DNA from: Terriglobia bacterium | Lineage (GTDB): Bacteria; Acidobacteriota; Terriglobia; JAJPHL01; JAPKYU01 | NCBI GenBank assembly: GCA_965206645.1 | Contig: CBDBKE010000004.1 | Coordinates: 1-64,000 of the forward strand | Length of the DNA stretch: 64,000 nucleotides | Reading direction: 5' to 3' | Shown: one piece after another, positions 10,494 to 20,156 of the stretch | Layout of the letters: each line of letters begins with the position of its first letter | Position numbering within the stretch: position 1 is the stretch's first letter | Made by a program: the position numbers and the translations under genes | Notes under the pieces: model-generated | Seen by the model: only the letters and a program-made list of their open reading frames with translations | Database searches by the model: none | What the model was told of the DNA's origin: nothing

Positions 10494-12112
10494 TTACGGA
10501 CTGTTCCCAAACCCCAGGCTCTTGAGATTAGCCTTGATGGCGGCGTCTAGCTTCGCGGCCTCGGCCTGCTGCTGGCGCAGTTTGGCAACCAGCCGCTTCA
10601 TCTTGTCCTCGAACGGCTCGCTGTCGTCCTCTTGTGCTTCCGCGCCGACATAGCGGCCGGGCGTGAGCACGTGGCCGTGCTTGCGTACTTCCTCCAGTGT
10701 CGCCGACTTGCAGAAACCGGGTGTGTCGGCGTACTCTCCCGCGCCTTTCTCGCCCCGCCAGGCATGGTAGGTATCGGCGATGCGGGCTATATCCTCATCC
10801 GTCAGCTTGCGGTGGGTACGGTTCACCATGCGTCCCAGCTTGCGGGTATCGATGAACAGCACTTCGCCGCGCCGGTCGCGGAGCTTGCCGTTTCGCCGGT
10901 CACGGGCGAGGAACCACAGGCAGGCGGGTATCTGGGTGGAATAGAAAAGCTGGCCCGGCAGCGCCACCATGCAGTTCACCCGGTCCGCTTCGATGAGGTT
11001 TTTTCTAATCTGGCCCTCGCCAGACTGGCCCGAAGACATCGAGCCGTTGGCGAGCACGAAGCCGGCCGTGCCGCCCGGCGCCAGGTGGTGCACCATATGC
11101 TGCACCCAGGCGAAGTTGGCGCTGCCCTTGGGCGGGATGCCGTATTGCCAGCGCTTGTCGTCGGTGAGCCGCTCGCCACCCCAGTCGGAGACGTTGAACG
11201 GTGGATTGGCCAGGATGAAATCGGCCTTGAGGTCGGGATGGCGGTCGTTGTGGAACGTGTCGCCGTGGGCGATCTGCCCGTCAATGCCTCGGATGGCGAG
11301 GCTCATTTTCGCTAGTCTCCAGGTCGTGTAGTTCGACTCCTGCCCATAGATCGAGATGTCGGCCTTGGCGACCTTGGGCGCTCTTCCGCCGTTGCCGTTG
11401 CCGGTAGCGTGCGCACGGATGAACTCCACCGATTGCACGAACATGCCGGATGATCCGCAGCAGGGATCGTAGACCCGGCCCCGATAAGGCTCCAGCATCT
11501 CGACCAGGAGCTTGACCACGCAGCGCGGGTGTAGAACTCGCCGCCCTTCTTGCCCTCGGCGCTGGCGAACTGAGACAGGAAGTACTCGTAGACGCGGCCG
11601 AGCACGTCCTTGGACCGGGCCTTCTCGTCGCCGACCTTGATGTTGCTGATCAGATCGATGAACTGGCCAAGCCGCTGTTTGTCCAGCGTTGGGCGGGCGT
11701 AGTCCTTGGGCAGCACGTTGTTGAGCACCGGGTTGTCGCGCTCGATGCCGGTCATGGCGTCGTCAACGAGCTGGCCGATGGTGGGTTGCTTTGCCTGCGC
11801 CTTGAGATGCGTCCAGCGCGCCTCGGGAGGTACCCAGAAGATGTTCTCGGCGCGGTACTCGTCCGGGTCCTCCGGGTCGGCGCCTTGTTTCTTCTCGCCT
11901 ACGAGACGGGCGTGCCTCTCCTCGAAGGCATCGGAGATGTACTTCAGGAAAATCAGGCCGAGAACGACATGCTTGTATTCGGCCGCGTCCATCGAACCGC
12001 GCAGGGTGTCGGCCATCTGCCAAAGCTCGGCCTCGTAGCCGGTCGTGACGCCCGTGCTCTGCGGCGTCATTTCCGAGTGGGTGCGCGTCTTTCGGGATGT
12101 CCGGCTCGCCAT
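10494..12112 (-). pseudogene. hsdM: Type I R-M methyltransferase subunit M, frameshift near 11525
   Basis: [18 protein letters not shown] and GEFYT, then after the frameshift [11 protein letters not shown] and NPPF. Confidence 0.92.
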
Positions 12113-12503
12113 AGGTTGTGGTTCCTCCAGCCTAGTATTACGTGGGAATTTGGTGCTTTGCCACGCAGTCTTCTCGCTCCAATTGACGGTGCCGGATTCA
12201 ATGATCCAGAGCTATAGATACTATAACCACAAAACCACATCTAAGCATCGCTGGTTTTGAGTGATCAATGGATATTTAAGCCCCATTTAGCAACCCAACC
12301 AAGTATAAGGATGTTCATTTATGGAAAAAGCCCGCCTCTTTCTCCAGTTCCTCGGTACGCGCCGCCATAAAGGCCTGAAGCTTATGAACCATCTTACGAC
12401 GGGTGGCACTGCAGGCAGTCTTAAAACGCGTCCTTACGACGAGCCGGGCTATTGCAGCTCGAAAACTATTACGGTAACAACGTGCTGCGCAGCCCGTAGA
12501 GCA

Positions 12504-12589
12504 TGGCAGCAACCACCGTCAAGAAACCGTCAGAAAACTCGATCGTGGCCGTGGCAGCAACCACCGTCAAGAAACCGTCAGAAAACTCG
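12504..12589. repeat. Two identical 38-bp direct repeats, 48-bp period
   Basis: TGGCAGCAACCACCGTCAAGAAACCGTCAGAAAACTCG at 12504 and 12552. Confidence 0.9.
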
Positions 12590-12903
12590 CCCATCAAGCG
12601 GGCTAGGCGTAGGGGTTGCGAGCGAAAGCAGACGCCCCAAAACCGTGTAAGGGCAATGAGAGGAAAGATTTGGGAGGAAACCGTGGAAGACGCCTGCCTG
12701 CTGGAGAAGCAGGTGCTTGGGGATGTGGCGCGGGGAAACTTCTGAGCCCTGAGCGGCGGCGTTGTGCGGTGGAGCGCATCATGGTCTTTGCTCTGGTTTC
12801 CCTTACAAGGAAGGTTTGGGGGTTGAGTCCTCGTTTTTCGGAGATCCCTCCTTGCCCAGGGGTTGTCCTGCCCCACGATCGTGGATCCTATGGCATCCTG
12901 ACG

Positions 12904-13707
12904 GGTACTGTCAAGTTCAGTGGGAGCGTGGCAGACTTGGCCGATGAAACGCGACACGCTGAGCTACCATGGATATCGATTCCCACCCGACATTATCAGC
13001 CACGCCGTCTGGCTGTATCACCGCTTCGGTGTGAGCTTTCGCGATGTCGAAGATCTCCTGGCCCAACGCGGCATTACGGTGTCCTACGAAGCGATCCGGC
13101 TGTGGTGCCTCACGATCGGTTCAGTATACGCTCGCCGGCTCAATCGTCGACAGGGCCGGCTGGGCGACATCTGGCACCTGGACGAGGTCTTCGTCACCAT
13201 CCAGGGACAGCGGCGCTATCTCTGGCGTGCCGTCGATCAAGATGGTGACGTCATCGATATCCTCGTCCAGTCGCGTCGCGACTGTCGGGCGGCTACACGC
13301 TTTTTCCGCAAGCTGTTGAAGGGCCAGGAGCGTACGCCTGGGCGGTTGGTCACCGACAAGCTGAGCAGCTACAGGGCTGCGCACCGAGCGGTCATGCCGT
13401 CCGTCGCCCATCGCACGGACCGATACGAGAACAATCGCGCCGAAGTCTCCCACCAGCCCACACGGCAACGCGAGCGACAAATGCGCCGGTTCAAATCTCC
13501 CGGGCAGGCACAACGATTCTTGTCCGTGCATGGACTCGTCCGCAACCTCTTCCGCGTTGGCCGTCACCTGGTGCGAGCGGTGCATCATCGGGAGCTACGA
13601 GGACGCTCTTTTCTCATTTGGGATGCAGTCACGATCGCCGCCTGACTCGAACTGAGATCACGATCCCGAGTACCGGCTCGCTCGACGAACGCTAACTTGA
13701 CAGTACC
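12904..13707 (+). mobile_element. IS6-family element with intact transposase (12944-13645)
   Basis: IRs GGTACTGTCAAGTT / AACTTGACAGTACC; WHLDEVFV, LWRAVDQDG, NNRAEVSHQ. Confidence 0.95.
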
Positions 13708-14012
13708 GTTCGCGCTGGCCGCAACGGCCTTCAACCTCACCCGCCTGTGGCGCAACAAACCGAAGCTAGATCAGGAAGGCTAGTTCGGCAGACTCCCGGA
13801 CCGGCGACTCGGCGAAGATCGAAACACCAGAATTCTGGAGCGGATCATGATCCCTTTTGATTTCCAGCCAGCTAAACCGAATTTCCACACAGGCTCTATA
13901 GGCCCCCGGCGCCGGGGGCCTATAACCCTTTCCTACTACCAAAACCGGTTTCACGGCCCCAGGCTATGATGTAGACTCTCACTACTGTTGGTACAAAAAA
14001 TCGGTCCGGTCA
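13708..14012 (+). mobile_element. Remnant: IS1182 right end joined to IS3 right end via the IS3 palindrome
   Basis: Near-identical to about 9120-9400, with the full palindrome retained after the IS1182 IR. Confidence 0.88.
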
Positions 14013-14044
14013 CTGTTCAGATCGGCCTTGCTTCTGTAGAGAAC

Positions 14045-14328
14045 TCATGGATGTGCCGGTGTTTCTTCAGCGACCGCGCGCGGGCGAACGTCGATCTGCA
14101 CGTCCACGTGCTGGCCGAGCTTCTTGAGTACGGTCATAAGGCGATCGATCGTAAAGCGCGGTCTAGTTTCGCGTTGCGGATGCGCGAGAAGTCGGCACGG
14201 GGGATGCCCGTCTTCTCCTGTGCCTTGCGCGTGGAGAGACCTTCATCATCGAGAATGCCGATTATCTGCGCAGCCAGAAGCGCCTTGATCTGCTGTACGT
14301 CGGCGTCCGGGTAACCGAAATCGCGAAA
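14045..14328 (-). pseudogene. XRE/HTH_37-type antitoxin fragment
   Basis: FRDFGYPDADVQQIKALLAAQII...ADFSRIRNAKLDR..FTIDRLM; 5'-truncated and frameshifted. Confidence 0.6.
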
Positions 14329-14502
14329 TGGTCAAGCTGAAGCGGTTATCGCGACTGTTCGTCCACGATCCTGGACGTCTTCCTTCCGTTTGCTTTACCT
14401 CTTCCTCGCAATTCGAGGAGACAGGCGAACGCAGGGAAAAATGTGACTATTGAGCAACTCTCCCTTGCCGAAAAGCGAGAGCGCATTATGGCCATAGCCG
14501 TT

Positions 14503-15731
14503 GGTGGTCTCAACCCATCGACGCAACACTTTGCCTTGAAAGGAGGAGGTGGAGTGTATGCGGATGAAGCAAAGAGCTCGTCGCGGTTACACGCTGGCGG
14601 AACTGGAGGAGGTGTGGGATCGGTGGAAACGAGGGGAGTCGCTCAAGTCGATTGGACGAGTGTTTTGTAAGCAGCCATCGTCTGTTTACCATCAGCTTGC
14701 TCCGTACGGAGGCATCCGTCCTCGGCCACCACGCCGTTCATGTTGGGCACTGACGTTGTCGGAGCGCGAAGAGATCTCTCGAGGCATTGCGGCACATCAA
14801 TCGATACGATCCATCGCCGGGTTGCTGGGTCGCTCACCATCGACGGTGAGCCGGGAGATTCGGCGGAATGGCGGCGATAATGACTATCGAGCAGCGGAGG
14901 CCGATGAGCAAGCCGGGGAGAGGGCCCGCCGGCCGAAGCGGTGTCAGCTGGTCAAGCATCCACAACTACGACGGGTAGTGGCCAGAAAGCTCAGCATAAA
15001 CTGGTCGCCTGAGCAGATCGCCAGCTGGCTGAAACGAGCCTATCCGAAGGATCCGTCCTATCACGTGTCTCACGAGACCATCTACCGCAGCCTGTTTGTT
15101 CAAGCCCGCGGTGCGCTGAAGGCAGAGCTGATGCAGCATCTGCGGTCAAAGCGGACGATTCGTCGATCCCGACATGCAAGTCTGAGAGGCCATGGACGAG
15201 GACAGATCACCGACATCGTATCGATCCGTGAGCGCCCGGCCTCGGTCGAAGATCGTGCCGTGCCCGGTCATTGGGAAGGCGATCTGCTGTCCGGATCGAA
15301 GAACAGCCACATTGCGACTCTGGTCGAACGTCATACGCGCTACGTGATGCTTACGAAAGTATCCAGCAAGAAAACGGAGACGGTCGTGTCGGCGCTCATC
15401 AAGCACGCGAAGAAGCTGCCGACGGAACTGTACAAATCTCTGACTTGGGATCGAGGCCTGGAGCTCGCCGAGCATCGACGGTTCACGTTGGCGACCGACA
15501 TTGACGTATACTTCTGTGATCCTCAGAGTCCATGGCAGCGCGGTTCGAATGAGAACACCAACGGTCTACTCCGACAGTACTTCCCCAAGGGAACGGACTT
15601 GTCGGTGCACTCTCAGGCGCATCTGAACAAGGTGGCACGTCAGCTGAACGAACGGCCCCGTCAGACGCTGGAGTTTGAAACTCCGGCAGAACGATTTAAC
15701 GCTTGTGTTGCATCGACCGGTTGAGCTGGCA
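14503..15731 (+). mobile_element. IS30-family element with intact transposase (about 14558-15724)
   Basis: GHWEGDL, LTWDRG.E, PWQRGSNENTNGLLRQYFPK; imperfect IRs containing CTCAACC..TCGA.GCAACAC. Confidence 0.93.
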
Positions 15732-16035
15732 GTTCCCTTCCGTACAATTCTAAACCTGAGCGGCCACAACATGCTTTATTTGGGAGCGTTCGAAGGCTCT
15801 CCCGTGGCGTTTCACACGATTTGGGAACTAAGGACGGAGTCCGCGAATAAGTCGAATTCTGGCCGGTACCTAATCGGCAAGTCGGTCATTACTAGCCTGT
15901 CGCCGGGACGCGAGGTTCGCGAATTATCGCGGAGTAGGGGCGACCTCCTCAGTCGCATCCGATCTTTCACTCTGCTTGGAGAACAATAGGCGCCCGGTCC
16001 ATCTCGGTGTGAAAGAAGAACCCCTTCCCCCCGGC

Positions 16036-17055
16036 CTACTGAATCGCCTCGATGACCGGAATCGCCGCCTCGTCCAGATAATAGCCGGAGCCGACCAGGA
16101 TCGGCAAGCCATAGGCCACGACCCTCTTGACGAAAGTCACCTTCCGCTGCAGCTTCCCGGTCGAGGGATTGCGCGTCGAGTAGTACAGGAAGGTTTCACC
16201 GAACGCGTTGCCGACGCTCACCACATCCCGGCCGCCGAAGGGTCCTTCCGGATAGTCGTTCAACTCGGGAGCAATGACGCCATACCACTGGCTGTAGGGA
16301 TCGCCGCTGAACAGCGTGTTGCCGTAGGTATCCAGGCCGAACACGTAGATCGAGCCGTTTCTCCAGCGCGGATCGCTTGACAGCGCCCGGATGGCGAAGT
16401 ACCCATGCGATTCCAGCTCCATTGCGGCGCAACGCACAAATTCCTCCAGCCTCTCGCTCGAAGGCGCAGCCGCGAGCCCCAAGGCGTTAACCTCTTCACT
16501 CTCGCAGGTGCCCGGGATGTCGCGGCGGTAGACCCCAGCGCCGATCGAGGCAGGGGTCCCGTCCCAGTCCATGCCCTTGATGTAGGAAGCCTTCGGCTCA
16601 TCCCTGCCGGTCTCTGGGTTGGCGAAAGAGTAGTAGATCCAGCCCTCGCCGAAGCTGCTTATGATGCGATGCTGTTCCCGGTACCAGTCGTTGCCGAAGA
16701 CATCGACCAGCAGTCCCCACGGTGACCCTTCCCTGGAGGGGTCGGGTGGGAAGACGAACGATCGAGACATGTCGGATATGGGTGTCACTTCGTCGACGAA
16801 GACATAGATTGGGCCGCTTCTCCAGCGCTCGTCTTCGTGGAAGGCCTGCCGGGCCTTCTCAAAGCCCACTTCCTGGGCGAACTCGTAGGCGCATTGGACG
16901 AACGATTTAACGTCCTTCGTAGTGCGCACGGCGCGGGCGGTGACGGAGCGATCCGCGCAAGACAGCGGTTCGGCGCCCCCCTGGGCAACGAGAGCCGGCG
17001 CGGCGACCATCAAGATTAATGGAATCAGGAAATAAAGCCGGCGGTGTTGCATCAT
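16036..17055 (-). CDS. Secreted protein with two tandem single-Cache-like domains
   Basis: Signal peptide; twice FV.CA...RWR.G.IYVF...YY...NP.TG....K.....G.G.Y. Confidence 0.7.
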   Translation of the reverse strand: MMQHRRLYFLIPLILMVAAPALVAQGGAEPLSCADRSVTARAVRTTKDVKSFVQCAYEFAQEVGFEKARQAFHEDERWRSGPIYVFVDEVTPISDMSRSFVFPPDPSREGSPWGLLVDVFGNDWYREQHRIISSFGEGWIYYSFANPETGRDEPKASYIKGMDWDGTPASIGAGVYRRDIPGTCESEEVNALGLAAAPSSERLEEFVRCAAMELESHGYFAIRALSSDPRWRNGSIYVFGLDTYGNTLFSGDPYSQWYGVIAPELNDYPEGPFGGRDVVSVGNAFGETFLYYSTRNPSTGKLQRKVTFVKRVVAYGLPILVGSGYYLDEAAIPVIEAIQ

Positions 17056-17139
17056 TTGAGAAGACTAACTGGGATCAAGAGATTCTGCAAGATTAAAGTC
17101 GCCTGAGGCTTGCAGGGCGAGACGATCCAATGAACCCGT

Positions 17140-18033
17140 TCATTTGCCGAACAGGAATTTGACTGTAAACGCCAGCGTCCAGTGACGCGTGTCGGTGAAC
17201 ATGTTGTGGTTGGGGAAGTCGGGGTCCCGCTCATGAAGTGGGTGAAGCAAGTATCTGCTGCGGGCTTCAATGTCGCCCATCATCGAGTAGGTCAGCTTCA
17301 GTCCCAACAATGTCTTGTTGTTCAGGCTGTAGTCGGCCCCGGCGTGCAGGTGCGCGGCCACGACCGTATCGGACAGGTCGGTGTCTTGGCGGCTGTTGTA
17401 GAACGAAAGGGGAGGATCGTAAGCCTGAGCATTGCCCGATGTGTCCTGGTAATCATTGGAGAACCGAACCCCGGACACCTTGACGAACGCGGGACCCAGC
17501 CCACCCCCAAAGTATGGAGAAATCCCGCGGTACGCATCCGGAAAATCGTAGTACGCATTGAGAGAAAAAGTGCGCAGGGTGAGATTGTCGATCGAGGCCC
17601 GGGTATCAGATACGACCGAACCGCCGCGTCGTTCCTCCATGGGTGTCCCATCGTAATCGGTGATGCTGCGGAACATCTGGTCGGTGTTGTTCTTCCGCTG
17701 CCCGAGCGATAGTTCCAGGCGTGTGCGATCGAAGATGCGGCCGGCCGAAAGCTCAAACTCGGCTCCAGCGGTAGCGTCGATATCGTAACGCCACCGGTAT
17801 CCGGGGATTTCCGGGACAGGGTCCGCATCGAAACAAGCGTCGGTCGGATAGCAGAGCGGATCCCGATTCCAGCCCTCCTGGTCCATGTCGGACGCCCAAT
17901 TCGATCCGATGCTCCCGCCGAGGTACCACCCGGAGCGGGGCGGTCTCCCGGCTCCGCTCTGGGCCAACACACCGGAGATGGGACAAAGCACCAGGATTGC
18001 CCCGATGACGGATGCGACCAACGCAAGCGGCAT
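17140..18033 (-). CDS. Outer-membrane beta-barrel protein
   Basis: Signal-like N-terminus, GWYLG, NAYYDF, PYFGGGLG, AGADY and terminal F; start abuts the IS1380 IR. Confidence 0.75.
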   Translation of the reverse strand: MPLALVASVIGAILVLCPISGVLAQSGAGRPPRSGWYLGGSIGSNWASDMDQEGWNRDPLCYPTDACFDADPVPEIPGYRWRYDIDATAGAEFELSAGRIFDRTRLELSLGQRKNNTDQMFRSITDYDGTPMEERRGGSVVSDTRASIDNLTLRTFSLNAYYDFPDAYRGISPYFGGGLGPAFVKVSGVRFSNDYQDTSGNAQAYDPPLSFYNSRQDTDLSDTVVAAHLHAGADYSLNNKTLLGLKLTYSMMGDIEARSRYLLHPLHERDPDFPNHNMFTDTRHWTLAFTVKFLFGK

Positions 18034-18046
18034 GGAGGGTACTATA

Positions 18047-19944
18047 CCCGGATTTCCTTTTTGGAAACGCAGCGGCAACCTTCAGCTAACCTCCAACGTC
18101 AATGTTGATACTGGTTGCAGCATCAATCGGAGCGTTCGGAGGCGTAAACCCAATGGGTGAGAGCGAAAAACAGGGATTTCAGCTGTCGTTCAACCGATTT
18201 CTGCGAGTCGGGTTTCAGGGATCACGGGTGACTTCCAATGGTGGACTGATTCTGGTCCGGGAGTTGGATGAGCGTCTGGGATTCAGCGAACTCATTGACG
18301 AGCACCTGACCGATTCGCGGGCAAACAATGCTCGGTTTTCTTTCGCGGACTTGCTGCGGCAGTCGGTCTACAGTCGCCTAGCTGGATACGAGGATGTAAA
18401 TGATGCCGAGCGGCTGTCGCAAGACCCGACCTTTCGGCTGATTGGTTCAGAGAAGACTTGGGAACGAGGCGCGGCGCTGACCTCCAGGTTGCAAACTTTC
18501 GAGACGGAGATGCTGGCGAAGGTGGAGAACTTCGTCGGGTTAGCCCGGATCAACCGGGAACTGATCGGAAAGGTCGAAGCCTTCCAGTGGCACTACCGAG
18601 CGGTGCTGGATATGGACTCAACCGAGATTCCGGTCTACGGGGAGCAGGAACAGAGCGCCTACAACGGGCACTTCGAGTCCACTTGCTATCACCCGCTGCT
18701 TTTGTTCAATCGAGACGGCGACTGTCTGGCGGCCCAGCTGCGCTCAGGGAATGTCCACAGCGCCGAGGACTCGGATGAACTATTGCTGCCGGAGATCGAA
18801 CGACAGCAGGCTGAAGGCAAACAGATCACCTTTCGCGTCGACGCCGCCTTCGCCAAGCCGGAGATCTACGAGGCGATGGAAGAGCGTGGCGTGGACTACG
18901 TGGTCCGCATTCCGGCCAATAGGACCTGGAGCTGGAGATCGAGGACATCCTGTTTCGGCCGCCGGGCGGGCCCTCCCGCAAACCCTTGGTGCGCTACAAG
19001 AGTTTCCGCTATCAGGCGGGGAGTTGGTCGAGGGCCAGAAGAGTTGTCGCCAAGGTGGAGCATCACCAGGGCGAGCTATTCCCGCGCGTCGGATTCATTG
19101 TGACGAGCACGAGCTTGCCGAGTCGCTCGTTGGTGCGGTTCTACAACAAGCGCGGCACGGCCGAGCAGTGGATCAAAGAGGGCAAGCAGGCGACGAACTG
19201 GACGCGTCTGTCGTGTCATTGTTTTCGGGCCAACGAAGTGCGGTTGCAACTTGCAGTGCTGGCGTACAACCTGGGGAACTTGTGGCGACGGCTCGGGCTG
19301 CCTCACAGGATCAAGACGTGGTCACTGACGAGTTTGCAGCAGCGGCTGATGAAGACCGGCGGGCGGCTGGTCAAGCATGCCCGGTATTATTGGCTGCTGC
19401 TGGTTGAGAGGCATCTGAACCGGCAACTGTTCGGAGCGATGGTGGGGCGGCTAGATGGGCTGCCGCTTCCGTCGGGACAGCTCAGGCTGTGGCAGCATCC
19501 AAGAAAACGATTCCGCTATCTCCCCAGGAATGGAGAGTTGCCGCTGACCAGACCGATTTTTTCGAGAAATGGTCCTTGATGAGCCTCCAGCAGCGGCTGG
19601 TGAAAACCGGAGGACGGCTCGTAAAACACGCACGGTACTACTGGCTCCTGCTGGCCGAGGGCCATTTGACCCGACGGCTGTTTGCCAGCATGCTGGGGCG
19701 GATCGATGGATGGGCACTCCCGTCGGGATAGCCTGGGCTACGGCACACAAGAAAACGATGCCGCTATCCCCCAGGTATGGAGAGTTGTCTGAAAAAGCTG
19801 GGTTTGGATGCTGATTGGACGGTTTTAGGGGACCCCGAAAGGGACGCTCGGAGCCGATGGTCCTCTCGGAGAAAACATTGTACTCGCTGGGACGCAGATG
19901 CGTGTATATTTTCAATCGCCGGAAGGCCAAAAAGGAAATTCCGG
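18047..19944 (+). mobile_element. IS1380-family element (frameshifted, chimeric 3' end)
   Basis: IRs CCCGGATTTCCTTTTTGG / CCAAAAAGGAAATTCCGG; LDMDST, CYHPLLLF, YNKRGTAEQWIKEGK; frameshift near 18925; 3' segment repeated at 19579-19731. Confidence 0.9.
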
Positions 19945-20030
19945 TAGAATACTAGCACCGCACTGCACAAAGGTATCGCCAATCGAATCAGTACTGCAAT
20001 GCCGTTTCGTAACACTTAACGTCCTTATAA

Positions 20031-20156
20031 CACCCAGACGAAGCGACCTTGAAGGAAGTCATGCGGCGGTTCGGGGCGATCGGGCTCCCGACCTACGTCA
20101 TCCTTGAGCCGAACACGCTACGCCAGCCGCCCCCCGAACCGACGGCCAAAGGCTAG
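20031..20156 (+). pseudogene. 3' remnant of DsbD/thioredoxin-like gene
   Basis: MRRFGAIGLPTYVIL; its stop overlaps the convergent stop of the coiled-coil gene. Confidence 0.45.

Noticed and set aside
3976-11530. Single-base frameshifts in TPR, PilZ, IS3 and hsdM genes as programmed frameshifting
   Set aside because: No slippery heptamers or SSRs were seen at those sites; decay or long-read indel error is more likely and cannot be separated without reads.
12504-12589. Possible mini CRISPR array
   Set aside because: Only two repeats with a 10-bp spacer, no dyad structure, and no cas genes in the window.
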